Positions 11,523-23,651 of a stretch of 64,000 nt of DNA are shown piece after piece. Each line of letters starts with the position of its first letter. Within the stretch, counting starts at the first letter, position 1. The notes beneath the pieces were generated by a model. That model made no database searches, had not been told where the DNA came from, and was given only the letters and a program-made list of their open reading frames with translations. The DNA comes from Utricularia gibba (Eukaryota > Plantae > Magnoliophyta). The stretch is from the NCBI GenBank assembly GCA_002189035.1, contig NEEC01000002.1:62001-126000 (forward strand), in the 5' to 3' direction. The position numbers and the translations under genes were made by a program.

Positions 11523-14500
11523 CTACAAAAGAATGGTGATGACCTACACGGGGCAACCTGAAGCTCTTCGGGATTATGTGCGTGTGCTGTTACCTTTGTA
11601 TCTGTTTCCTTTTTCTTGGACGAAAGAAGAGGAGGAGCAAAGGTGTGCTGCAGATTGGCTAAAACCCCCACAATTGACGAAGGAAAAGGACACATTCAAA
11701 GCAGGCAGCTCGTGTGCTTAAGACAGAGGATGTTATGTGATAACATGACCTCGTAGACAAACAGCAACAACAACTTATAAAACATGTTTGTGTCGGTTCT
11801 CTTTTCCAAGGAAAAGAAAAATTGTTTCTTATATGTTGAAAAACCTTAATAATGATCTTTGTTTACTGCATCTAACAACATCTCATCTGCTTTCCTTGTT
11901 TCCTCTGTGGCGGGGCGGTGGCGCATGGCATGCCGACGGCGTTGCACGCCATCAATTCCAAAAGAGAGGATCAGCCAGGCAGGCTACCAACCACCGAAGG
12001 ACACCGTATTTACCTCCAAGCATAAAGACCCATCGCATATTCGTGGTGCTGCCTCTGGGCCCACACCCACTGTGCACACATTATTTTATTGTTTAATAAA
12101 TCAAAACCTTGTGGATGAACCATCTCCCACCACTGTAGCGGTTGACTGCTTTTGGCATCCGCTCGCATCTCCCTCTGTCTGTCTCTCTTTCCACGTGTGG
12201 TGGATGCGCCTCAGACAAGCCTATTATTTAATGTTGGATCACTCATGGGCTTAAGGCTTCCCCTTGCTGCTGCATTCAGTGAAATGATGGCTTTTTTTCG
12301 TGTTTGAGACCCTCAAACGACCCAAATCCTTGCTGCTCCTAGACATGCCTCGCAAAAATGAGACTGAATCATCAACTATCATCCACTCTCAGTTCTGTTA
12401 GTATCTGCACAAATTCTGTCATTTGAGCCAACTTTTGAGATGGTGCCAATGCTGTTAACGGCTTTCTTTCTCCTTCCCCCTCCCTGGTAAGCTCCATTTA
12501 ATAAAATACGTGGATCTGAAACCCGAATATAACTAAAAAGCCCGCACAGAACAACGATACTGCCACTCTGCCAGTAACTTCGCAGCCTTCCGTGTCTGTT
12601 GCAGCCCGGTAAAGAAAGAAATATGCATACGCAACCGATCATTTACATGCCCTAATTTCCGGCTGTCTGGAACCAACATAATAAATGGCATTATTACGTT
12701 GAACTAGCAAAAGCAGGGTGCGGGCGTCCCAGGGTTCCCTCAGCTCCCATTCTCCCCTGTGCGCGGTCCGGAGACGTTACGCTGCACTCTACCTGTGTGG
12801 TTCCAGAAAGTGGAATCAAGGGTAGGCTGCAGCTCCACCGTTGCACTGTTTTCGTACTTGTCTCATGTCTCCATGATACTGGAGTCACTAGCGCAACAGA
12901 TCAAACATTGGCAATCACGTTAATCAGCCATGACTAATTTCAATGAACAAATATGCGACTCTTTGGATACCAAGCAACAATCTCAGTGTGTGTAAATGTA
13001 TATGACAGGGATGCTACCTTGTACTTGGGAGGGAACGCATGAATCCTACCAGATGAGAGCAATTTCAATGCCACGAAGAACGGGGAGCGCGAAGGCTTTT
13101 TTTGAGGAGCCCTCTTTTTCTTTTGTGCGTGTGTCTTCTTGTCTTAGGGAGATTCACTTGCCGGCTCGCGTCCTTGTCTACGAAAACTCTCGCCTTGTTG
13201 AAAAACCCTAATTTCATGGAGAAGAAGGTTAGGCGAGCTCGTCTTTTGATGGCACCTCCTTTTTCGGTTAAGAAGAGGGATGCGGTATGGGCACCTTGAT
13301 AGTAGAGTTGTAAAGTGAAATCTTAGTCAGTCAGTCATCTGAGTCAATGAATTAATGGAGGAGAACTGGTGTCGCAAATGGCGAGACGGACTTTCTGTGA
13401 GTTAGTTAGTTTCCCTCTCAAATAACCAAACGTAGTCATATTCATTCCCATTTATAATTTTGCTTTCAATTTACAGGTCAGGGCATCAGTGCAGCGCAGG
13501 GCCAAAAGAAGAATTAGTGAGAGCGAAACGAAGAAAAGTCGAGTGGCAACGCGGAACCCCGCCGTTTGTGGTTGCGTGTGGGAGACTGTCTGAATCTGAG
13601 ACACGTTTGTGTGGCTCGGTTTTCCTTCATTTAACGTGATCCATCCACAGTCCACACATGTGACCGAATCATCCGGGGCGGCCCCAATGCAGAAAAGATT
13701 ACATCAGTGCACCGCTGTGTACGTGCAGTGCAAACCACTCTTCATATTCCAATCGCGCAAGGGTGACGACGGCGGGCTGCCTGATTCCTTCCCTAACTAT
13801 TTGTTCCTCAATCGCATCAAACTCAATTTTTGGTACTAACACATCATTTTTTTTGTAAAGAAAATTAATTTTATTGAAGTCTCCACTCTCTTTTGTTTGT
13901 TTGTTTGCTTTTTGTTTTTTTTTTTTCGTGAATAAAAATAAGGTGTCCTCCCTCTGCCATGGAGTACAGCTATGGAAAGTGAAGTGTCACGGCCCACATC
14001 CCAAGATGGGTCAGACTCTCCCTCTCTCTTACGCAGGCAGCCTTGGACATACAACCAACCAGGTGGAGCTCGAGTTGGGTCAATTTGAAAGAATGGTGTC
14101 ACTTCATCACTCTCCAGTCTGGTGTCGACCCCTTCGGTGAGTGCAATAGGCATGCAGCATCATAGACATGGAGTAAGTCCCTGGAGCTGTCCCCATTTCT
14201 AATTAACCATTGGAATCATGCTTGGCCTGGGAGCGACTCCCATCCACCACAGGCTGCAAAACCGTATCAAGAAACTTAATGGCAACTAGCATGGTGTGTA
14301 ATAGAATACCAAAGGCAATTAATCCGCCATTTCGGAGAAGCCCCTCTAGTCCACTGACCACCCACACGGAGCCTTGGTTGAAAATCTTGGCACCTACACT
14401 CCTCTACGTGTCTGTTTGGTCCCACCACCTACACCAAAAACATAACAAAACATGTGTGGTAATGCAATTAATAAGCAAAGGAAATAGGGGGTTGGTTATG

Positions 14501-15148
14501 GTTATTGCCATTAACAGGGTTGCACTATTCAAGCTCTAGATATATATATAACAGCGGTCTCTAATCACTTTGGCCTTTTCAAGCCGTAACAGGATTTAAC
14601 CCTAATTCTGCTGCTATCTCGTGTTGATAGAAAAATAAAAAAAGAAATAGAGTCCTAATTTTAAGTATCAGCACATGGCGTGCAAATGAAAAGTTGTGGA
14701 TGGAAATTTAAAAAGGTATACTGTACCACTTTATTGTATGTAGAAATCTGGGGTTGGATGGTGGCCTGGTCTCGAGCCAAGGGGGTGATAGGCACGACAA
14801 ACCTTCGTTAGGGGTGTTGATAAAAAATCTAGTGTCATTACTGCCTGTGTGGAAAGTAGATGAATCCGAGGTTCACCGAATGTCCACCCTCGGATTTCAA
14901 CCGATTTATGGAATGTCTTACTGATCCATTTATAATGGTTCAATTCTTGTATGATGTATTGCGAGAAGAAGAAATGCATCTTGCTGATTAGGAACTCGTG
15001 TGAGGGTTTTGCTCTTTGGCCTCTTGGTGCAGTAGGGGAGGTTGGTTTTTGGCTTTGTTCGCCGAGACTTGGTAAATGGTAATTACCAACCCACCGATCT
15101 AAAAAGCCTCCTACCTGATCTCCATCATCAAGTAGTGTGAGTGGGGGA

Positions 15149-15697
15149 ATGGATAACTACTCGTATCTGTTTCGGTCTTCTTCTTCTGCTTCCCCTCAAT
15201 TTTCCCTCGTGAATATGAGCAACAACCAGCACCATCATGTTCTTGGGGATTCAGCAGTAGCTTCGTGGGGTTTGAGGGTTCTGGGAGTCCTCAGATGATT
15301 AACGAATGTGGGGTTTCCGAGCAGCAGGAGAAGAAGGAAGACACGAGTGGCAGATTTGCTTTTAAGACCCGGAGTGAAGTTGACATCCTCGATGACGGCT
15401 ATCGCTGGAGGAAGTACGGACAGAAGGCTGTCAAGAACAACAGATTCCCCAGGTACCGTTGTTTCGTCTCCCTGAACGTTTGGGTTGATCCTTACAGTGC
15501 GTGCGCGCGTGCCTGGCAGGAGCTATTACAGGTGCACTTTCCAGGGTTGCAGAGTGAAGAAACAAGTCCAGAGGCAGTCGTGCGACGAAGGCGTTGTGGT
15601 GACAACCTACGAAGGGATCCATTCGCATCCTGTTCAGAGATGCGCCGACGACCTGCAGCACATAGTCGCTCAAATGCAAATCTACCCTTCCTACTAA
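15149..15697 (+). CDS. Group IIc WRKY transcription factor (WRKY75/45-like), 2 exons, apparent 1-nt frameshift at 15245-15248
   Basis: [34 protein letters not shown]|[18 protein letters not shown]...[10 protein letters not shown]...QMQIYPSY*. The N-terminus [23 protein letters not shown] is in a different frame. Confidence 0.93.
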
Positions 15698-16772
15698 ACT
15701 TGTTAGGATCAGTTCCATTCCAGCAAATCAACCCGAACACCTCTTTGTGCCTTTTACGCTGAACACAATAGCAGATAAATAAAGGAAAACATTCCAAATG
15801 TGTTCTTTGCTTTACTTTCAAACCCTCCGTTCTTGGGGCTGTGAACAGATGGATACTTTTGTTTTTTTCAGAACGGAGTGGGCGTAGGCTGCTCCTTGCA
15901 AGATCAAACCCTTGAATTTGTTGCATCAGTAATGTCCAACCTTCTTTTTGATTCTTCATTCAACTCCAGCCCTAGGATAGGACTCCACTCTGCTCTGGGC
16001 GGGTTAATGTAGTGGGTTGGGCTTTGAATACGGTCCATTATTGTGCTCAATTTTTCAGCATCCAAAAGGCCCAAACTCAACTGTGTGCACTCTGCGTTTG
16101 AGAAATGCTCGCGCCGTAACCGCGGCTCATACTCTACAGTTGCTGCACTGTTTGTGAGACTTCTGGGGTTTTTTTTTGCTCGAATTGATCCGTCCCTCGA
16201 GATGCGTGCGACCGTTTTAACCAGGGATTGCACGGTGGCGATGATGTACGGAAACATGGGGCTCTTGTGGGGTTGTTCCTTGTCAAAGAAAGCCCAATTT
16301 CGTTGCCTGATTTTTCATGTCAGACGCTCTTAAGGTAACGTTTGATCTTGTCAATCCATACTGTGCTCGATTCATATGGTTTCGCAACGAGCAAGTGTTC
16401 TTTTCTATCGAAAATCAGAATTTGTAAAGCCAGTAGGCAATATTGTATGCCTGGGTCCTGTCCCAAACTCAATGATGTGTTGGTACGGTAGGTTGAGATA
16501 TTCATCCTCTTACGACTTGCTATTTAAGTGCATGCTTCATCCCTGCTCTCACTAGTCCCCTTTTCTCACTTCACTTGGATGGCTAATCTTCACTTAATTC
16601 TGTTCCCTGGCTGTAAAATGTGGCCTAACCATGGCATGTGATCGTGCAGGAATGCAGCCACTGTATCTAAATCTCTTTTTTCGTTTTGCCTCTATAGCAT
16701 CTCAAAGGGAGATGCGTTTCATCACATTAAACATATACATGTGGAGCAAGGTAACTAGAAGCGGCATCATTA

Positions 16773-17552
16773 TCACTTCAAATTCTCCGGCTTGTCCATT
16801 TTCTTTGCCATTACGACTCTTCTCCTTGTTCCGATCCACGGCAATGGCAGCACCCATGGGGGATCACGAGAAATAATGCGGTAACCTGCTCTTGAGTACA
16901 GGTTCTGGGCACCATAATCATCTTCATAAACTCTCAGCACAAGATACCGAAATCCCCATGCAGTGCAAACCACATCAGAGGCTTCCAACAGGGCTGTAGC
17001 AGCCCCCTGCCTCCTGAATTTTCTCAGCACGGCTATTCCAGAAACGTAGAGGTACTCGTCCACACCTTGCAGATGCTGAAGAATTGAACCTTCTCCCTGC
17101 GCGGTAACATCAACCACTCCAACAATTCCTTCGTTTGTGTCGCGTATTGATTCCACTACCAGACATGCATATCTATCAGGAGGCGAGTTCCTGAGCCTGT
17201 ACATGAGGCCTGAAAGCACCTCAGCCTTGAAAAACTCAAAGAAAAGATGATCGAATAGAAGCACGGGCTCGTGAAAAGCTTCAGCCTGAACAAAGGCGAC
17301 GTCCCTGGTGTCTTGAGTTTCCACCATCCGGCGTACCCGCCAGTTCTCATGGCTAATCAGGTACACAGGTGGTGCTGCTAAGGTTTCTGGGCATTCAGCA
17401 GATTTTGCGGCTACGAGCCCTGCAATCTTGTCGGTGATTTGCCAGCTGCAAGAGTGGGAAGATATCCATACCCGAGAAAGAGGAGGTATTTGCAATCGGA
17501 GGGGATGCCTGGTCAAAGCGCAGTGGCTATAAGGAGGAAGAAGATTAGCCAT
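16773..17552 (-). CDS. Plastid GNAT-family acetyltransferase (GNAT4/At2g39000-like), intronless
   Basis: 259-aa ORF with transit-like N-terminus, VQAEAFH...FFKAEVLSGLMYRLRNSPPDRYACLV, and acetyl-CoA motif A YVSGIAVLRKFRRQGAATALL. Confidence 0.9.
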   Translation of the reverse strand: MANLLPPYSHCALTRHPLRLQIPPLSRVWISSHSCSWQITDKIAGLVAAKSAECPETLAAPPVYLISHENWRVRRMVETQDTRDVAFVQAEAFHEPVLLFDHLFFEFFKAEVLSGLMYRLRNSPPDRYACLVVESIRDTNEGIVGVVDVTAQGEGSILQHLQGVDEYLYVSGIAVLRKFRRQGAATALLEASDVVCTAWGFRYLVLRVYEDDYGAQNLYSRAGYRIISRDPPWVLPLPWIGTRRRVVMAKKMDKPENLK

Positions 17553-19167
17553 TTTCAGTGTGATGGGTATGTGTGTTGGTTTTTGAGTTCCTTGGTTACT
17601 AGCTCGCGGAAGTGTTCTGGCCTGGGAGCCCGGTGATCCGCAGCCATTCGTTTCATATCCTTGGGAATGGGATTGGGTTGTGAGAGATGAGATGATGATG
17701 ATGATGTAAGGTCAGAATCGCGGGCACAGTTTTTCGTTGCTGTAAATCGGAAGAAGAAGCATCGAAACTTAACCCAAAAAATGAATTTGAACCGTGGAAC
17801 TTATTTTCTATCAAGTACGATTAGGAAAGCCGACGGCATCCGATCCCGAGTCCGAGTGAGAGAGAAGCGAAGGCGAGTCGGCCCACGGGGTTTTCCACGA
17901 GACAAGAAGGAATGGGGAGGCCCACCATTGTAATTTTGGGTTTTCAATAGCAGTCTAGGGAAGGAAATTTGAGTGGCTGACAGGGAGCCAACAAGGCGTA
18001 CGCCTAATGTGCATCGAACTGTCACTTTCCGATGTGGAGCCAAAAGTCAGGGGGCTTCTGCTTTTCCCAGTTTCCTGCTCCTGCTGGCTGGCGGCTTCTG
18101 TTCTTTTTCTAGTTTATCGCTTTTCCTTTTGCTTTTGCTCGGTCTCTCCACCCAAGATTTCCGATTCACTTTCCCAATTTCGCTTATTCTCGCGCTTTCT
18201 CTTTTGGGCTCTCCCACTTGCCAAGGGTACTTGGTACCTCGCCGCCGCTTCAACATTTTCGTCGCGAACCCGCAACTGAAATTTTAGTAGAATTCCTCGA
18301 ATGCGTCCATCTCCCCACACCGTTGATTCCTTGGTCAGGTGTGGTTCTTTCTACCTGTAAAAAGAACGCTGATGTTTTTCAAACTAGGCTCTCTTGTTCT
18401 TTTCTTGTTTTCGATTCTTCCTCTCCCTGATGTACAACATGTTTCTTCCCGTATAGCCGTTGAATCGAGGGCAAAGATCTCATCTTTGGTTCTTTTTTTT
18501 TTTGTTATGAATAAATTCTGCGTGGATTTTGTAGTTCATGTGGTTGCTCCGTGTTCGGGTGGCTTTCATTTCAGCTAATCGGTGTTCGTGTTGATTGATT
18601 AGCAGTCGGATGTTGAAATATTGGGTTTCTGAGTTGAAGATTCTGCTGACTTTTTTTTTTCTCGCGATGGATTGATGCATCCGTCCTTTAATTATCACCA
18701 TATTTAAGACTGAAAAGTTTTCAATGGAGGGACCAGCTAACATCTATTGCGCTTAGCTGTCCCAACCAAGTGGCGCAGACACTCCATTAATGGCGCTGCA
18801 ACTGTGTCGGATACCACTCTTGACTCGTCAACTCTCCGACACCGACTCCTCCCACATAGTTGCTAATTGAAATCTATTAACCTCTTTTCTCAAACCTTTT
18901 TTTTTTATGTATTAACTTCACTGAGTTTGAATTGAAAGTGCCATCTCCAAGAGTCTGCTCCGGAGGTGCCGACTTCTTCTTTAGGCATTGGATACCCTCC
19001 ATCGCTGCTTATATGGTTTCTCTATTCTTCCTTGCTTTGCTTTGGTTGCTTCAGCGCTCTGATTGCATTTGCACACACTTCCTTAGGAGGGTCCTGCTGA
19101 ACCTGACACCAAGGTATCAGTTGGGAATACAGAATTTACAACTATCTGCAAGGCTGTTCCATATCTA

Positions 19168-20118
19168 ATGGAAGACGAATCTTCATCATCATCAACCAAG
19201 CGGGCTAAGCCACCGAGCAGCAGCACTTCCCAATCCCAAGTTCCTAATTGCCTTGTTGACGGTTGTCATGCTGATCTGAGTCTTGGCAGAGACTATCATC
19301 GGCGCCATAAGGTCTGCGAAGCTCACTCCAAGACTCCTGTAGTTACCATTGCAGGTCGTGAACAGCGCTTCTGTCAGCAATGCAGCAGGTATTAATTACG
19401 CACCAATTCATGTATTTAAGGTTGAAAGATCGAGTCTTTTTTTATGGTTACGTGTTGCAGATTCCATTCGTTGGTGGAGTTCGACGAGGCGAAGAGAAGC
19501 TGCAGGAAAAGACTAGATGGGCATAACAGGAGAAGAAGGAAGCCGCAGCCTGAATCCGTGGCTCCGAACTCAAGGTTCCCACCATTTGGGTGCGCGCAAA
19601 TGATGAGACCATCAGTTTTGCCCCCTGCGTGGCCCGGATTCATCAAAACGGAGAACGATTTAGCGCTCTGTTCTAATCAACGTAGAACAGAGTCGTTTCT
19701 CAAGTTCCCCTTCAAGGGAATTGATCATCATCAACATCAACAACAATTTCATTTCGATGAAACCTCCATTTCTTCGATGCCCAGTGATCCGAGATTCTTC
19801 AACGAAAGACGGAATCTTCAAGTAGTGGAGACCCAGGGTGCTCCCTCTCTTCTGTCAACTTCACCGCAAGCTACAGAAGAATTCAATTTGAACCGTAGAT
19901 ATAGAAACGAAGGTGCGATGCCACCCAGCACCACACAGGCTATGGCCCATGGCTTCAACTTCGGTCCGTTTCATCAGTTTCCTCAAGATATCAAGCCCGT
20001 TGTGTCTTCTGCTCAGATCCATGGGACCACACTCCATTTCCCAGAAATGTTTCAGCATGGGGGAGCCTCCTCATCTGGTGGCGGTTCTCATCAAACTCTC
20101 TCTTTTATGTGGGAGTAG
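19168..20118 (+). CDS. SBP-box transcription factor, SPL13-like, 2 coding exons; a further upstream coding exon is possible
   Basis: [47 protein letters not shown]|[31 protein letters not shown]; miR156 site within the CDS. Confidence 0.93.
19838..19857 (+). promoter_or_regulatory. miR156/157 target site
   Basis: GTGCTCCCTCTCTTCTGTCA, near-complement of miR156 (UGACAGAAGAGAGUGAGCAC), encoding APSLLS in an SPL gene. Confidence 0.92.
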
Positions 20119-20496
20119 AGAAGGGTGCAGCTTCGGTGTTGATTGATCAACCCCGACGGCCTCATGCTATTTGACTGCTGCTTCTACTGTCATTTGCAGT
20201 ACTCTTCCCTTGTCACCTCTGGGTGTATTCCGGAATGACGAATTCAATTATTATTATTACTTTTTACTGAAATCAAAACTGAACCCCAAACCCGCGACTA
20301 GCCGCCGCAACGGCGGTAGCCGGTTTCTGAACATACGGAAACTATTTGACTTGCGAAATTACGGCCACTTGCCTTCAGAAATTACATTTACCCCTCGGAT
20401 TCCGTTCGCATTCGGCATCCATTAAAGCGAACAGCTTCGGGTATATTCACCCTCGCAAAGTAGGTGAACTACAGGCTTTTGCTGAGTGGTGGAGAA

Positions 20497-22240
20497 ATGG
20501 GGAGACGGAAACTAGAGATAAAGCGAATCGAGGACAAGAGCGCGAGACAGGTGACTTTTGCGAAACGGAGAAATGGGCTGTTGAAGAAGGCAAGGGAATT
20601 GTCGGTGCTCTGCGATGTGGATGTGGGCTTGATTATCTTCTCCAGCCGGGGGAAACTCTTCCATTACTGTAGCACATCCAGGTTCACGAAATTCAAACCT
20701 AATCTTGCATTCTTTGATAACTTTTCTTCCCGGAAAATCTTTACTCAGATCATGCCGGTTTTTTTTTTTTTACTCTTTTCTTGTTTGACCGTTTGAATGG
20801 ATGGCGTTTTGATTTGATTGGTGATATTTGAGTTGGAACACAAAAGAGGTATAGGGCAATATGGCTTTGAATTTAAGATAAAAGGAGGAACATGGGATTC
20901 ATGTTCTTGAATATAACTTCCTTCATGGATTGCTACTGCCTCTGGGGCATACTTAGTGAATCTTGTCTCATTACTTTTGTTGCTGTTACTTACAGTACTT
21001 GCCAGTTCGGTTGGCACCATTAGTGTTTCAATTGTTTCTATCAATCATTGCCCAGCTTGTCTGATATCGTGCTGCAATATCAAAGTCATGTTGAAAATGC
21101 TGGATGTCCTACTTCTGGAGATCGCCCAAGCAAGGTAATATTCATTTGGAAGTGACTAAAACAGACATCTCCTATACTGTTATATGATGAGAAACTAGAA
21201 TTAGGAATACACGCCGAACTTCGATTCGGTGTTTCGAACACCTAAAGCCAGTTTTGCGTGACCTTCCACACTAAAAAAAAAATTGCTTAGTCTCTCTTGG
21301 TCTGGTACCATTCTCAATATAAATACCCGCGAAGTGCAGGACGATTTTGTTTTGTTTTAGTGATTAAATTAGTTTGAGTGATTGAGTTTTTTTCATTCGA
21401 CCATGTCCCTGGAAGTTGGGATTTTAGCTTCTATTTGTGATCATGGGCTCTGTCAAGTTTGCTGGACTAGAATGATAGGATATCCACTGTGGGTTTTCGA
21501 ATTACATAGCAGGAACAGTGCTCAAATTCTCCTGGTGCTCTCACGGTCAGTGATTTCCTTGATTCAGTGGCGAGGTAACCCAACCCCTGTGTGTGTGTTT
21601 TTTCATTTAATATTCTAGCTATGTTTCATTTTTTAGCAGTCATTATCTTTTTCTAGGGAACTCACCGAGGGATGTGTCGACCAGTTTAGTTTAACGGACC
21701 TCATTCATCTGGAGAAACAACTTGAGATAGCTCTCATTCGAACCAGGGCTGCGAAGGTTTCGTTTTCCATTCACGACTTAAAAAGTTTGAATCCGCTACA
21801 ACTCCATTTAGTTACAATGATCTTCTGGCGTTTGGTTTGCCTTTTGCACTCCTGTTGTAGTATATATAGTTTCTTTTTCATGTTGTGCACTTTTCAACTA
21901 ATGCAGACGCATTTGCTTCTGGATTCACTTCGAGGTCTCCATGAGAAGGTAACTTGTCCGTCAGTTTGCTAGTCCTAGAAGAATGATAGCTGAAATACTG
22001 TCACGACTTTTAATGTGAACAGAGGAAGATGGTTTCAGAGGAAAGAAGACACCTGCAGGAGAAGGCATGCTGCCTGCCTTGACACAGCATCAATCTGCCT
22101 TGTCCTCGTTAAGGGAATTCATTATTTCTAAGCCACGCTTTTTGCAGTCGCAGGTTGTTGGGCGCAAGCCAACACAATCTACCAAAGAGGTGATGATGGA
22201 TCTCAACGTCGTCGCGCGAGATCAAATCATGCAAGACTAG
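20497..22240 (+). CDS. MIKC MADS-box gene, FLC/MAF-like clade, 7 exons; last exon tentative
   Basis: [61 protein letters not shown]|[14 protein letters not shown]...|QEQC...DFLDSVAR|[33 protein letters not shown]|[14 protein letters not shown]|[14 protein letters not shown]|SQVV...MDLNVV...QD*. TDLIHLE.QL..ALI and THLLL are typical of asterid FLC-likes from memory. Confidence 0.85.
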
Positions 22241-23651
22241 CAAAACGGATACTTTGATGGTGTACTGATTTTTTTCATAGGAGCAAATAACCCCTTCCTT
22301 AAGCATTACTACTCTGGATAGTAGATGTGCACAGAAGCAGCAGCTCTGCTCTTTGTTAAAAAACTCCTGTGCATGGAGCTAATGATAAAACATGCTTTCC
22401 AGAAGAACAATCGCCATTTGTGTGATCTGGCCATCAATAAACAATTTTTTTTTATATAATTATAGTTTCTTTCTGTTATGTTATATAATTTTAGACAGGA
22501 ATCTGTGCGTGTTTTCTGAAACTAATTTCGTCAAAATTGCAGCAGGGTCGAATGGCAACAGACAAGAGCACAAGCAGGACGCCGGTGGACTCTGAAGGAG
22601 CTTTTTGTGGGTCCATTAGTTTGAGATTGGGCCGGTCCAACACCGGGTCGGCCCATCATTCCTCTTTTTCGGGAAACCTTGTCGCCCGAGTTGTTGAAGA
22701 TTGTAGTGACTGGCTCAAAACAATAATAATGGCGTAATGTAGTGAAGAATTAAACAAAAAAAAGGGTATTTTTCGATTACTTTTGCAACCTCACACACAC
22801 TGCTGTGCTGTTGTATTGCACGTTTAATTCTAACCGTGGTTAGGATTGTAGACCACCCATTCTATGCTTGAAAATTAACCATGGTTCCGTTACATGGGTT
22901 AAATGAACCCCAAAGGCAAGGGCCAGTTCTTCACTTTCGCAGTTTTGTCCAAGTTTTTTCTGTCTGTCTACCTTGAGCACTGAGGAAGATTATTCGGCAT
23001 ATTTTTAGGGTCCTTTCTTTCTGATATTCCGATTTTCTCGGTGTCTTTTTTTTTTCGTGGGGGATTTACAAATGGAATTTCGCTGCTGAATTTAGTCCTT
23101 CGCTCATACGGTAACGCGTGCTTCACTCAGATTTCATATTGTGTAGCTTGATCATCGTTTTTAGGGTTTTATACTGTGTACCGGAATGTGGGTTTAATAC
23201 TACACTGGGAGAGGTGTTAGATCTTGTTTGTAATGGTTTAACGGTTGGGTTGCTCGAGATTAGGCTGATTATCTCACTGCGCTTTTGTTTCGATTTATGT
23301 CGAAGCTGGTCTGCTCTTTTACCTGTTTGTGTGATGATGATCATGATGTGGGCTGATTTTTTGGTTTGTAGTTGAGTGACTGCCTACACTGTATCAAAGC
23401 AAAGCACGCTACCTAAACACAAAAGACGCAAGTTTGCATAAATCGCTAAACAACCTGTTAATGTTATTGAATTTTATGGTGTTGGACTGATGCATCTTAC
23501 TGCGTTCAGCTTTCTGGTGGGTAGAGATCGAGTTTGTGTGTGTACATGCGTATATGCTTGTTTTTTGAGTTCCGATTTCTTGATTAAATCATATGTTTTT
23601 TATATGTTGATGATTGATAGAGAGAAGCTCCATCCCAAGCAAAAACGGTAG

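Noticed and set aside
13980-14110. Imperfect 12-bp inverted repeat as a possible miRNA precursor
   Set aside because: The stem is too short, the loop is about 100 nt, and there is no known miRNA sequence.
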